NCBI GenBank assembly: GCA_008632985.1
Contig: QPGO01000056.1
Coordinates: 338,406 to 402,405, forward strand
Reading direction: 5' to 3'
DNA length: 64,000 nucleotides
Source of the DNA: Psammoneis japonica
Lineage: Eukaryota
Position numbers and translations under genes: made by a program. Below are positions 11,750 to 24,888 of this stretch, one piece after another. The stretch's first letter is position 1. Every line of letters begins with the position of its first letter. The notes under the pieces are model-generated. The model ran no database searches, was not told where the DNA came from, and saw only the letters and a program-made list of their open reading frames with translations.

Positions 11750-12480
11750 CAAACACTGCTGACAACCTGCCCACCACATCTCTGAACTGCTTTTGTCCTT
11801 TCCAATTGGTCTTGATGCTGCTTCTTAATTTGCTGTTCAATCAAGTGCTTTGCTCTTTGGAATGTAAAAATTCTGCTTTTGTTGTGGCCCTTTCTGGCAA
11901 GAACATGAGTTGTCCTTCAGCGTCATTTTGCTGCCATTTGTTTGCCACTCCCACCCGCTTTTCTGCACAAGATCTGGCATTGTTTCTGCATGATGCCACT
12001 GACAATGCACACGCAACTTCTCTGGATTGCTTTCATCCTTGCCAATTGGTTTTCAAAGCTGCTTCTCCTTTTCTCTGCTGTTCAATCAAGCCCTTCACTC
12101 TTTGGTGGGGTCAAAGCACTGCTTCTGTTGTGGCCCTTTCCAGCAAGAACACAAGTCATCCTTTGGTGCCATTTGATTGTCATTTGTTTGCTGCTTCCAT
12201 TGGCTTTTCTGTGCAAGATCTGGTGTTGTTTCTTTGTGACACCACTGACAATCTGTGCATCACATTTCCGGACCACTTGTGTCCATGCCAACTGGTCTCA
12301 AATGCCACTCATTCTCTTTGTTGTTCAATCAAGTCCTTCACTCTTTGGAGTGGGTGTGCTGCCTCTGTTGTGGCCCTTGCAAGTCTGAACATGAGTTGTC
12401 TTTGCTTGCCATTTGATTGTCATCTTTTTGACACATCCATTGGCATTTGCACACAAGACCCAGCATTGTTTCTGCCACAT
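11750..12480. repeat. Three diverged tandem units of about 240-245 bp
   Basis: ctgacaa..ccaa(t/c)tggt..gttcaatcaag..tgttgtggccctt..catttgtttg recurs from about 11759, 11999 and 12246. Confidence 0.8.
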
Positions 12481-15083
12481 GTGTGATGAACATTTTCTCC
12501 GATGACCTGCTCGCTCCTGGTTCAACATGCCCAAGTCCTGTGCTGCATTTCTTTTGCTTGCCAGCTGTCCCAGCTCATTGTTTTGAGTGGCAAACTTCTT
12601 GTTGCTGCAGTTCTTGGTGCAAGAATGAGTGGCCTCAAAGTGCCAGTTTGTGTGGGTTTCAGCAGCATGTTTCTGAGTGTTTCGTGTGCTCTCTTATGAA
12701 CCTGTCTGAATGCAATTGTCCTTTGCCATTGTGGTGTGCCTTCTGTGGCTGTCTCCAACAAGCATGCGACAAATTCTTTGTGCAAGTTATTCCTTTTCAG
12801 TTGTTTTGGTCATTGTCACCTTCTGGTGGTGCCCGTTCTGGCCAATCCAGTGCAAGCTCCTGCTGCTTGTCAAAAGACAATCGCACAGCACACAAACTGC
12901 TTGAAGCTTGTCTTTTCTCTTCCGGATGCAATTGCGGACTTGCTTGGCATTTGCATCTGTGGCTGTGTTTTGTCTCTTGGCTTTGAGCCACTCTTGCATG
13001 ATGCAATCGATCACCAACTTGCCGCAGCAGATGACGACAAACCAGACAGATGTTTGGAGCTGAACAAAGCCATTCTGGAGGAGCTGGTTGCTGCACTTGC
13101 CATTCCATGCATCGTTCCAGCAAAATCAGCACAGGACTCTCTGTGAGTTGGTTCACCACATGTTGCAAGAGCATTTCACTTGACACTGCTGCTCATGCTG
13201 CAAAACTTCTGTGCTGTCCTTTCTTCTTCCAGTTGGCCTCATTCTTGGCATTGCAAGTGACATGCTTTCCGAGACAGAGCTTGCCGTGCTGGAGCATGCA
13301 GCAAGGCTCAGTGTGCTCATCCCCTTTTCATGACCCTCCTTCTTTTTTATCTTGAAGCAGGCTCCCCACACTGCTGTCCAGCAGTGTGTGGAATCTGCTG
13401 CAATTGCAGGTCATGGAATCTCACATGGCAAGTGCCCACAACATTGCACTTTCCTTCTGGTTGTTGGATCTCATGGCCACTCACTTGTCTCCTTGTTGCT
13501 CATCTTGTCCTGCACATTGCATGCTTGCAGTTTGTGCCCATGCTCAAGTCATTGTTGAACACTGCTGCTGAGACATGTGCACGTGCACAAGCTGCAAAAC
13601 ACATGCTTTGCCAGCTCAAATTCAGCAGCAGCTTCCATGGATTTGAAAGATCCAAATTGATTTTGGGAACAGCCATGTGTGGGCATGACTGCTTTGCTGT
13701 CATTGCATCTCACACAGAACACACCATGCTTCCTTGTCTTGGTGATGAAGGCAACAACCATGTGTCTGGCATGAGTGCCAATGACACCAGCATGCCCAGA
13801 AAGCAAAGACACGTGGGTTGCCGCTTTCCCGTTTCTGCCAGCCTGCATGAAAAGATGCAAGAAGCACCACTCAGAGCTTCTTCTTGTCAATGGGCAAGTT
13901 CTGCCAGACATCACATGAATGTTTCCATCAATTGCATCTCCTGCATCCCAATGCAGTGCTTCTGTTGTCAATCCAACCTCAATTTCCAGAGGTTTAGCAA
14001 GTGCCTCCTTGGTGTCAGTGTGCTCAAACAAGCCAGTTTTTTCTTGAGTTTTGAAAAGGTAAATTGCATTTTTGCCACCAGGTGAGTTTGTAAATCCCGC
14101 GGCACTTGGCAGGTCCTTGCCTCCACCACTTCCCCATGTTTGCATCACCCACCCAACATTGTGTTCATGCGCTGGTGCTGCTGGATTGTTGCTGCCTTGC
14201 AGTGTGGAGTTTTCAGCCAGCGTTGCTGGCACCCAAGCAGGGGGAAGCACTGTTGGCCCATTTGTGTTTTGCACACTCTCACAACAGCATGGGCACAATG
14301 CCCGCATGCTTTTCCATTGCTTGTGCACCATTCTGTGGCATTGCTGCTGGCTTTGGTTCCTTCTTGCACCAGCTGCGTGCCTTTTGCATTGGTGCACACT
14401 CACCCTCTTCAGCTTGTTTTGTTTCTGGCCAGGTTGCAAGCCATTGGATTTGTCCACTGTCATGCTTCTGAACACATGGTTGGCACAATGGCACATTCTT
14501 GCTCAAGCAAGTTGCCAATGTCCACAAATCTGTTGCCTGACAGTTTCTTGTTGCTGCCATGGCTTTCTTTGTCATCTGGTTCATCAATGTCGTCCTTCAC
14601 ACAGTTCTCACCTAACTCAACTGCAGCTGCATTGAGATGCAAAAGGTGGCAGGTGGGCTCCCAGCCAGCTTCCATGGCAGAGCAAAGCTGCGTTCTCTTT
14701 GCACCCAGTGCTTTTGCCACTTGTCTGAGGGCTTTTCAGCTCTCATGACCCTTCTGCCACTCTGATGTCAGCTTGGAGTGTTCTGAGTTCATGACTCTGT
14801 TTTTTGATTGAAGACAGGAATCTTCTTGGTGGTGTGTAAAATGCAAGCATTGGCAGATCATGATGTCAGTGTGCAAGGTGCAAGAGCTCCAATTCCATGC
14901 CTTTTTTGTGTGTGACTGCTTGAAATGCTCGTGGCAAAATCCACACTGCATTGGCACACAACATCAAAAGACACACCATGGCACCACTGAAAAAAGCCTC
15001 CAAAGACAGATGAGGAGGCAAGGATTTGGAAGAACAATGTCGCAAAAAGTTTCTTCAAACCCACTGAGAAGCATGGTCATCCC

Positions 15084-17004
15084 ATGAAGAGAGCCATGGC
15101 CACAAGTGATGTTGTAAGGTGCAGTGCAACAAACACTGTAAAAGGCCCAAACAAGCCCACCAAACCTGCAGCAGTGCTGTCAAGTCCTCCCAAGAAGAAG
15201 CAAAAGAGAATCTCTCAAATCAACTGGTCAAATGAGCCAAATTTGTCTCATGTGAAATTGAAGAGTGGGGTGCTAAATCTGGCAAAGATCTGGCTCCAAT
15301 GGCAAGAAGCATGACTTGAACATGTGTTTGCTGTCAAGTTGACACCCCCCACAATGCTCTGAAGAAATGCACAACCAATGACACTGAGAAGGAGAGGCAT
15401 CATGTTGTTGGCTGAAGCATTGACAGAGCATCCCCAATCACTTCAGAAGGGAAATAAATCATTGGAGAGTTGCTTGCCAGAGCTGACCACAGCAATGAAG
15501 GAAAAAACTTTGGAGGAAGACATTGACATGGCTCTGAAACTGAATTCCATCAAGCCACATGACAAGGTGCCACATTGAAGCAGAACTCGGTGAATGCTCA
15601 AGCAACAATGAGCAAGCACACTGCCATTTCTGTTGAACAAAAGTGTCATCATTGACACATGACAGCTGAGGAAGCAATCAACTTCCTCAAAATTCACAAC
15701 ACAGGTCACTGCAGTGCAACAGGCAAAAGTTTTGGTGGGCTTGTTCTTCACTCATTTCTTGTTGGACCAGATGAGCCAAACTTCACAAGCAGCAGCAATG
15801 GCGCAAAAGTGCTGGGGGGCACTCAACAATGAGAAACATGAAAAGCTGATGGGTGGCTGTTGCTGTGGTGTCACTGCCATTCAGTTTGGGAGCATGAGCA
15901 GCTCAGGTCCAACAGCTGTTCTGAGGAAGTGTGAGTGTTGATGATTTCCAACATTGTTGAAGGCTGTTGCAGCTTTGACGTTGTTCATCAGAGCCCACAG
16001 TGGTGGGTTGTTGAGGTGTTTGCTGGATTTGGACCTTGCTGTTCATTGCATGAAGCTGTGATGTGCAAGTGCAGGAACAAGGTTCCACCCATCAAGATGG
16101 AGGGTCATGAATTGCTTGAGCTTGCCCCTTTTCTAGACCTGCCATTCTCACAGCATGCCACTGACCAGTGTGGTGTGGCTCATCTCATCGTGGTGTGTGC
16201 TGCGCAACAAGCTGAGGGAACCAGTTGCTGGGAAATGGATTGTTTGAAGATGCCAACTTGGATCTGTGGCAACATTTTTCATTTTCTGATTGGCACAAAA
16301 AGATCAAGCCCTTTTCAAAGGCTGGCAAGTTGTTCAAGTGTGAGGTGCCAATGGACAAGCATGCTCTGCTCCCAGCATTCTAGCACGGCATCAAACCTGC
16401 CAACAAGAAATCTGATGCAAATGCAGCCAAATGTTGTGCAACAGGTTTGTGCCAGAGTGTGTGAAAAAGTTGGCCAGTGCACACAAGTTGCTTGACAAGG
16501 ACCTCCAGAGCTTCTCTGAGTTTGCCCCAACCACCCTGAGCACCTTGAAATGGAGGCACCACAAGCACTGCAGATTGACGAAGCAAGGGCAGATCCAGCA
16601 GCTGTGCAGGAAGCCTCTGCCACTGCTGGGCATTGTGGACATCCAATTTGAACCACTTTTAAAAGAAAATTGATGGCTTGAGTGGCTTGGGCCTGTTGGA
16701 TCACATGGAAAGATCTTCCAGATGGGGCCCCAAACTCAACCCAGACAAACCCTTTTTGCCACCAGATCATCTTGGCTTGGAGATCATCAAGGATCAAAAG
16801 CTTCTCCTCAAACCAAATGTGTTTGACACATTTGCCAGGAACATCATGAAGGGTGCTGGCAGCTGGGGTGCAATGAAAAAGATGCCAGAACAAAAGCCCA
16901 GCTTCCTGGGGGGAGAAAGTTGGTCCACACTCGGGTTTTGCAAACAATGTGACCCAGAAATGCAAGCCAGCCTCAAAAATTCTCTGCCTCTGTTGCTCAT
17001 GTGA
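15084..17004 (+). mobile_element. Heavily decayed DDE (pogo-related) transposase relic
   Basis: PQWWVVEVFAGFG...KVPPIKMEG resembles the second-Asp region (xxFDGFGxH...KEEG) of pogo-related transposases. N-terminal basic stretch PPKKKQKR. No TIRs found. Confidence 0.4.
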
Positions 17005-17655
17005 GCAGGGACAATTTTACAAAGAAGAGGACCTGAGGCTGCAAAGCCAAAGCTCCATCAGAAAAGAGATGGGGTGTGCGACAAAGGCTGCCAGTCAAAA
17101 ATGAGGTTTGTGCCATCACACTCATTGTTTGTTCACGAAGGTCAGTGAAACAAGGAGAAACTGGCAGGAACATTCAAAAGCAAGAAGAGTTTGATGAGGT
17201 GCAGTGGCAAAACAGAGGAGGGCTGCGAGCAAGGCAGCAGCTCCATGGGCTGCAGGCCACTGACCTGCTTGGGGGGGTCCATTTGAGCATCAACGTGAAG
17301 AAGATCAGCGTGGTGTCAGATGTTCAGAGACCTCTGTTTGCAGTGGTGCAGTTGTTTGTTTGAAGCCGTTTGTTGAATGCTTGGCCACTGGCATTTCGTT
17401 GCGTGCTCTTCCAGTCCCGGTCTGTCTTTGTGGAGCTCTGTCCTCGTCCAATTTCAAATTATAAAGTGTGCACTGCAATGCCGAAATCGAAATCGTTCGA
17501 CAGACAGAAAAAAATGAAAAGGTACCCGGACGTGAAAGCCCGGGGGTTCAAACGACACGATGGCACAAAACGCTGTCGTGCTGTCGCTGCCACTGCATTC
17601 GATGGTCTTGAGAGGACTACAACAAGAGACTCTGCTGAACTAACGACAAATCATT

Positions 17656-18039
17656 ATGAATGCTCCAGAACGGTCAGCTTCCTTTCTCTTAGACGAGGAC
17701 AGCGGCGAAGTCAAAATTACCTACACTCCCGACACCAAGGTGAGCAACGCCGGCATGTTTACTCTCAACAAGGAAGACCACACTGTGGGCAATTTGCTTC
17801 GCATGCAGCTACTGCGAGATCCCAATGTCCGCTTTGCCGGCTACGTTCATCCACATCCCTTGGTGCATTACCTCGACATGAAGATTCAAACCACGTCGAG
17901 TACCGTCACGCCCGTCGAAGTGCTGTCGGCGGCGATTGAAGACTTGAGCAACGAAACCGATCATTTAATTACCCAAGTGTCGGATGCTGTGGATCAATGG
18001 AGAAAAGAGCATGATTCCGGAGTCATGGGGACATTTTGA
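17656..18039 (+). CDS. RPB11: DNA-directed RNA polymerase II subunit RPB11
   Basis: MNAPER..F..NKEDHTVGNLLRMQLLRDPNVRFAGYVHPHPL is the RPB11 signature. 127 aa, intact. Confidence 0.97.
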   Translation: MNAPERSASFLLDEDSGEVKITYTPDTKVSNAGMFTLNKEDHTVGNLLRMQLLRDPNVRFAGYVHPHPLVHYLDMKIQTTSSTVTPVEVLSAAIEDLSNETDHLITQVSDAVDQWRKEHDSGVMGTF

Positions 18040-19139
18040 GAAGGAGAAAGTGTTGTATGGTGGTTTTTTCGATTGAAGAATGGGAGAGGACGACGGCGAA
18101 TGCACGGTCTTGGGTGGGAGTTACTGCGTCGAGTTTTGCTGTTGCCACAGTTTCTCTGTGGGATATGTTTTAGATGGTGTTTCTCAGAGTTGACGGGTAG
18201 TTGTGAATAACGCATAACTGATTGTTTTCGAAGAAACGTTCCCCGTTTGTATTTGGAAGTTTCTTAGTCCGGGAATTTTGTCAACAGAAGTAGGCCTTTC
18301 TTCCAAACAAGTCGGGTGCGCAAAACTCTCTCGATCGATTGCTAACTGATGAATGTAAAAGGAAATCCTTTGTCTTTATCCACATTCAAGAGCTCTGGCT
18401 CACTCTCTCTTGAGCTACCGGTAGGCACAATAGCTTTGCTTCACCGCAGAGTGATGTACTGAAATACAGGTAAAAATATATCTATTGCATCTTTTCCGTT
18501 CCGAATTCTAGTATTGTTTTTGGTCATCTGGAGGGTGTATTCTTTCTCGAAACTAAAGCGTGGGTGCTAGTGATGACCGCCTGGCCGATACCCTGAAGAT
18601 GGATTCAATAAGGTTCAAAGCTCTTGAAGTCTGAGACGAATGGCGTGTACAGGGTATTGAGCTTGCCATTGCAGTTGACGAGGAGTCAGATGATGCTTTA
18701 TCCAACTTGAAGCGCGCTATTGCTCACTTTGCCGGCGACAGTGTTTTTGTAGGGCCCTATATCGTGTTTGGAAGCATGCGGATGAGGCACTCTTGGATTA
18801 CAGCATCAAGCTCGCGAAATCATTCTGGAAGATCCAACCTCCCCAGAGAAGCAATGCGGCTCGCCCAAGATTCAATTCTTGCCTACATGGAAGCGGGCTT
18901 TATTTTCAGGACATGACTTCATTTCATGCAATGAGGGATTGACTCACGTTTGGACATGAAATCGACTAGTGCAGATATGATTCATCAGAAGCAGCATGAG
19001 GAGGAAGAGGAGGGGGCGTGGGAGGAGGAGTCTTCCTCTTGTTAGAGTGAAGACAGCAGCCATGAACAGACAGCAGACGCACAGCTGGTGTGCTCGTACA
19101 ATTATAACCTGATAGTTTCTCGGCATGGTTTGGTCGCAA

Positions 19140-20640
19140 CTTCCTTGGTTCGCTGCACACAAGCTTTGAAAGTTCTTGCAGTCTCCGCCATTAAGAATGT
19201 GTTCATTTGTCCTTTCAATCAACTGCACATCGTGTTTGGACTTGACATCATAGACACTGTCGCAATGGGTGCAAACCATGTCTGCCCACGAAAAACTCGT
19301 GGGCCGCCATTTCATTGTAGGCAATTTCGCCCAAAGCAATGAAAGCATGGCACATTGTGAAACGCATGCGAGGCAACTCTGTACTTGGGGGTCATCATTT
19401 GGATCACTCACCCACGACGAAAAAGTGCTCTTGCCTTGTGCATTTCTCCATGCGAAATCGTCCCAACGGATCAGGATCCTGCCTCGACAGGCTTTCATAC
19501 ATGGAACGTGGCTTTCTATAAACCACGTCTTTATCGTGGGCAAATCTCGACGGTGACACGGCGCAAAGCTCTCGCCGGTGATCATTTCGTCAATGAGCAT
19601 GCGGTAGAGCTTGTTTTCTTGAATGCCACTGCGCAGTGCAATCCTGATCGCCTCTTTAGGGTGGAAGGATCTGAGCATCATGAGTCATCCTCTTCTCGGG
19701 ATTTCCTTTTTGGACTTGTTGAATGACTCGTCGCCCCGAAACCGCGGTCGTTACCCTCATCAATGCCCCGTTCCAAAAGCTTCCTTGTTGTTTCTCGTTG
19801 CTCATTGTAACAGCAATGAAGATAGATGAACTTTCGTGGCTTTACCATTGTCTCTGCAAATAACACGTCTCAAGGAGAAGAGAACCGCTCCTTTTGCTGA
19901 ATGGAAATAACAATGCAAGTCGGATCCCCGACGAAACGCGAGAATGCTATAGAATTGGTCGAGCTGCTCCGCAACGATTGCGACAAGGAGCACGAGAGAA
20001 ACGCCACATCGGCAACGTCGATTTGACCTCCGTTTCGGTGACACAATGTCGTCCAATGGATCGACACAAACCACGACACCCTGCCAGACTTGTCGTCGGT
20101 GACGTCTTGAATGATTTGTGCAATGATGTCTTCTTCTTCTCCTTGACTCTTGTCCAATGGAGAGACACATGCATGAGACCAAAAAACGGCAAGCAGTTTC
20201 CCATTGGTGCAATGGAGCAGATTCTTGATTGCCAGCGCCGCCTTGCGTGGTGAGGTGGGACGTAGCACGCGGAGTACTGTAGCTGCGTAGCGCAGGGGAA
20301 ACCACGAAAAAGACCCGCAGTTGTTCCACGGCGTCCCTTGGTCGCGCCCGTGGTTGGCGTGTGCCGTGTGCCGTTTGACAAGAATTTCACCACGACGTGG
20401 CCGCGATCGTGGTTGCACTACACGACTGCGCGTACAGTATCATACCGGTACGTTGCGTGCCGCGGTTATTTGTCGACGCGTCGTTTTGTGCCGCTGCGTG
20501 CGCCGCCGTGGAAAAACCAATGCGAACAATGCATGGACAGCACGTACGTAACTCTTATACCACAACTGCGCATGTAGCTTTGAACGTAAGCTTCAGTACG
20601 AAAGAAACCCCGGAAACCTAAAAGACCCGGATGTCCAAAA
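19140..20640 (-). pseudogene. Inverted paralog of 719-850 + 4935-6187: upstream region and truncated DpnI-like gene, copy B
   Basis: The reverse complement aligns to 719-832 and then to about 4955-6187 (MVKPRKFIY.., SWADMVCTHCDSVYDVKSK). Multiple frameshifts and stops. Confidence 0.9.
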
Positions 20641-21981
20641 GGAATGGACGTTCCTTGTTGTGGATTTGGACAAGAAATGGACACGACAATGAGGACATGT
20701 CGTTGGCAAAATGAAAAAGATACAAAACCGAGGCCTACACACGGACTCTAAACAATGCATCACATGGCAGTGACGGCGCCTCACAATAATGGGAGAGATT
20801 TTGGTGCCACACTCGTAAGCACCGCTCGGAATGAACGTTTGCCCAACAATGGAATTTTTCTTAGTTCAATGCTCCACGTTTGCGTCGTCTACAAGAACGC
20901 AAATGGGACAATCATCAAGACGCGGCAACAACGAGTTTACTCTCTCGATCCCGACAACCTTGTTTCCACTACTATGTTTCGTTCCTTGCTGGCTCGTTTG
21001 GTGCGCACGACACTGTTCGAATGCCAATCGAATGGATAACGAAACTGAATAGTGGACTGTTTCGACCCAAAGCGAATTCAACGCTTTGTACAAGCTGTAC
21101 GGTACAAGATGTGGAACGTCTGCGGCAGCAGGACACGCACATGTTCAAAGCGTTGTCCGCAACGTGGAAGCCTCGTCTACTATTGGGTGTACTCCAACCG
21201 CCACCTAGGGCTCTGAGTGAGAAACCAATGTGGAGTCAATTCCTAATGGCAAAAGATCTTTTACTAGAGGGTGGTATTCAACGACAATGATGCTCTACCA
21301 TTTTATGGATGACTACCGACAAGTAGTATTGCATGACTTGGCAAACTGTTCCACGTAAGCAGTGTCTTCCAATCAGGCCGGGCCTCAGCTACATGAAGAA
21401 CACAGTTGATTGCCCCTTGATGAAAGTATCACTTCAATATAATGTGAAAAGTCGAAATGGGGGTTGATGAGTACTAGGCCAGAGACTCTGGAAATGAAAA
21501 TGTGCAGACCAAAGGCGCCGTGTAGTCACCAACTCGATCGATATTGGGTAATGTCAAAAACCAAAAGACCAAGAATGGCGGGCTCTTGTGTGTGCTACCA
21601 ACAGGTCAAATATCCATCATGTTTTGAGTTTTTTTCTCTCTGGTAGAGGTCTCTCATGATGTGATTTGGGTAGATCCAGTGTGCAAGCGATATCTCGTAA
21701 TGGGAAGAATGCCGCAGATCAGCCAGCAAACTGTCAGACGCGCCCGACGACAGGGATTTATCAACAGCGGGCGAAGCAGCGCGGCAGTGAAACAACAGGG
21801 GGATCACCGCATGATGCACTTTACAAATAGGAAGAAAAGGCCACAAGACTAGATTGGATCAATTGTGCTGAGTACTACGGGTTTGGGAAACTGGACAAGT
21901 ATTTTTATATGCTGCTCTCAAGATTACGGTCATGGTTTTAGTATTTCATATTGTTAAGGAGTCTACACGACGGCTGTTTTC

Positions 21982-23505
21982 TTATCGAATCGCTCTTCCA
22001 AAGGCGATATCATCAAGGATACAAGGTTGCTTCTTAACAGTTGGATTCCCAAAGACGTTTCGGAAAAGCAATCTCTCATTGTTTGTGGCACAAACAATTT
22101 TTGATCCGTCGTCGCTCTGGACCATGTTTAGGATCCTGTAGGTCGAGGTTTCCAAGCCTTCTTTCCACTTCAGTTCCGGGTGTTTGTAGGACCACAGGGT
22201 GAGCTGGTTTACTCCCCAACTATGCGACGAAAGCAATTCTGGTCCATGTTTGGACCACACGAGGTCCGTCACTTGGGATTTTGTTTCCACCGAATGCTGC
22301 ACTTGTCCGTTATTGGTATTCCAGAGTTTGATGGTTCCATCCCTGGTACCGGACCCGCTGGCGAGCATGCGTGGTCGAAACGGACACCACGCCAAGGCCT
22401 TGACGGCTGCCTTGTGAACGTCAAGAGCGAGTCGAGGAGAAACGGAAGGAACGGGATCGTACTGGCTTGTCGTGCTGCTGGACATTTTCGCGTCCCACAA
22501 ACAAAGCCGATTATCGTTCCCGCCGCTGGCCAACGTATCTCCCGCGGCGTTCCATTTCAATCCACAAACCTCTTGTGAGTGCGATTCGTAGCGTGCGACA
22601 ATGTGGCGCCTTAGCCGGACGTCATGTTGTATAATAGAAGAGTCACGAGATCCAGAAGTCATGATGTTCTTGTTCCACGCGATGGAACCCACACGAGCAA
22701 AGTGACCAGACAATCTTCGGATCCTTCTGCCGGCTTGAACATCCCACAGGTCCGTATTTCCCGACTGCATAGAAATCGCAAGTACCCTATCATTCTGAAA
22801 GGGTGCCCACGATACACAAGAGACGATTCCGTCGGCTGGCGCCGCTTCCGGTACCTGGTTGACTGCTTTCGTATTGGTATTGTACAAATAGACAGTCCTT
22901 TTGAGAGCAACCGCTAAAGTATTGGAAGAGTTCCAACCCAGCGTATCCAAGTAAAAGTCGCTGGCCAAATCGGGAGCATCGAGAATCAGAAAGGGCGCCT
23001 TGGAAATGCGTCGTGCGGGCTGCTTGAAAGGAAGTGTACGGTTCCCGAGCAAATTGCTGTTATCCAACCGCTGGAGGACATGGAGCGTGTCGTGTGACGA
23101 TGGATCATGCAAATACGGCGATACCGTCCGTTTGTTCTCGCCAAAGAAAAGGATCCGTTTCGTGTCTCCGTCGTCCGATACTTCCTCCAGTGGAACGTCG
23201 AGCATGGCTGATTTCATTCGCCTTTTATATTCCAACTGAAGCTTGGCAGCTTCCCTAACCGTCCCGTTGTCATCAACGCTTTCATCTCGGCGAGGCTTCT
23301 TGGAGGCACGGATGCTTGAATTACCACTCTCGAGATTCATTCGTGCGCGATTGGGGATGAATCGATCGCCCGGCGTCGTCACAATACGTCGACGCTTGGC
23401 GCTGCTTCTCGGAGGGGTGATTGCAAACCGCGGAACCTTGGGCGTGCTCGGATAGCAGCGGGACGGGGTTATCGGTGGTTTACGAAGTGGCGTCATTGTA
23501 TTCAT
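21982..23505 (-). CDS. CDC20: APC/C co-activator CDC20/Fizzy family WD40 protein
   Basis: C-box DRFIPNR, ILDAPDL..DFY, WD40 repeats (H..EVCGLKW, LASGGNDN, AVKALAWCP) and a C-terminal IR tail. First ATG at 23505. Confidence 0.92.
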   Translation of the reverse strand: MNTMTPLRKPPITPSRCYPSTPKVPRFAITPPRSSAKRRRIVTTPGDRFIPNRARMNLESGNSSIRASKKPRRDESVDDNGTVREAAKLQLEYKRRMKSAMLDVPLEEVSDDGDTKRILFFGENKRTVSPYLHDPSSHDTLHVLQRLDNSNLLGNRTLPFKQPARRISKAPFLILDAPDLASDFYLDTLGWNSSNTLAVALKRTVYLYNTNTKAVNQVPEAAPADGIVSCVSWAPFQNDRVLAISMQSGNTDLWDVQAGRRIRRLSGHFARVGSIAWNKNIMTSGSRDSSIIQHDVRLRRHIVARYESHSQEVCGLKWNAAGDTLASGGNDNRLCLWDAKMSSSTTSQYDPVPSVSPRLALDVHKAAVKALAWCPFRPRMLASGSGTRDGTIKLWNTNNGQVQHSVETKSQVTDLVWSKHGPELLSSHSWGVNQLTLWSYKHPELKWKEGLETSTYRILNMVQSDDGSKIVCATNNERLLFRNVFGNPTVKKQPCILDDIAFGRAIR

Positions 23506-24888
23506 GGTGGTGCTTGCAATGTTTTCCTTCACTGTGAATTGTGGTTGTGACGGGAACGAGTGGAGAGCACTTTCATGTTTCGCTCCTTTGTTTCGTGACG
23601 GTTTGACGCACACGGTTTGCAAGATGTCTATATTCCTTTTACGGTCCGAATACTTTTATATAATCGCTAATAATACCCAACTTGAATGTTTCCTCAAACC
23701 TGTTAAATCGTTCGAGCTGGCCTACGTCAGTCGTGGATAAACAAAAGTTTTTAAATCTATGATAATTGATATTCAACGTTGAATAAGGTATTAAAACAGC
23801 ACGACTTTTATCGACGATCAATACTACTTGTACCGTATGTACTGTAGTACTGTAGAGAAAAAATGCTGAAGCGGAATTGTGGACACCGCGACGACAAACT
23901 TGGGGGTATCCAAGAAGCTTCACAACCGCAATCGTGTCTGCGACTGTATTTCTGAGAGCCGTGGTCTGGACGCACGCTGCGTTCTAAATGTTCACAGAGC
24001 GAACTCTTGTGCATGCAGCACCTGGGTTCCTGGGTTGGGTGTCAAACTTGAAGCAATCACGTCTTGACTCCATTTCAGGAGTCAGCAACAAGTTGATGGA
24101 GATTTGGAGACGAGCATGTCTGTGACGAGGCTCCCCTCTCGCGGAAGATTTCGACGATATCATGGTTCATGCTTGTGACTTGCACATGGATGGATTCAAG
24201 GATGAATTGAAAGACAATCATGCTTAGTGTTACTGCGTAATGAATACAGATCAATTAATGGCACACGACTTACGGCTTATGGTAGTAAACTGGATTCAAG
24301 ACCACGCGAAACTCGAGGCATGTTGTGCGTATTTCCAATGGCGGAAAAGGCAATTGACAAGGTTTCGGGCATTCTACTCGACAAATTATTCACATTGCAG
24401 GAGGAAAAACTTCCTACCAGTAGAACATTCCGATGGAAGCTGTCTGAAGGATCCTTGTGCAAAGTTCTGCTGACGAAAACGCTACATGGTGTCGGCTGGG
24501 CTGTTGCTGTGCTCGGGCGTGTTGCAAATAATGTGCATTCCTAGAGGGTCCCTACAACTAGCATCTCGACAGACTTTATATAAAACGTGTAGTCAATTAT
24601 TGCATACTCTGCTATAATGCAGTCTTAACATTCTTGACTGAACGTCTCATAATATTCAAAACCTTCGGCGTGCGATTCCAATTACGCAGTACGCGAGTTC
24701 ATCTGCAAGCTACCCTCTACTAGAATGGACAAAAGTGAATAGAGCAGACAATGCATGGGGTTGCGCAGTGGTTTTCATCTTTAGAGTTACGCAAATCGTT
24801 TCCCGTCATGGGTCACTATAGTTGAGTTTAGTCTCTGCATCGACCATACCGCGTGAACGACGACGAAGAAATAGATTTGCTCCACCTC

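Larger units (their letters stand above)
10950..17450. other. TpA- and CpG-depleted block of decayed repeats
   Basis: Almost no TA and few CG over about 6.5 kb. Overlapping Cys/His-rich ORFs in all frames. Sharp edges about 0.2-0.3 kb from the flanking gene starts. Confidence 0.9.

Noticed and set aside
10928..17363. Dozens of overlapping Cys/His/Gln-rich ORFs on both strands, also at 29-33 kb and 47-64 kb
   Set aside because: Artefact of TpA loss: TAA/TAG stops and Tyr codons are erased, leaving long open frames everywhere. No coherent protein features.
20640..21860. Possible gene fragments (ORFs 20755.., 20880..)
   Set aside because: Short and frame-broken, with no recognisable domain.
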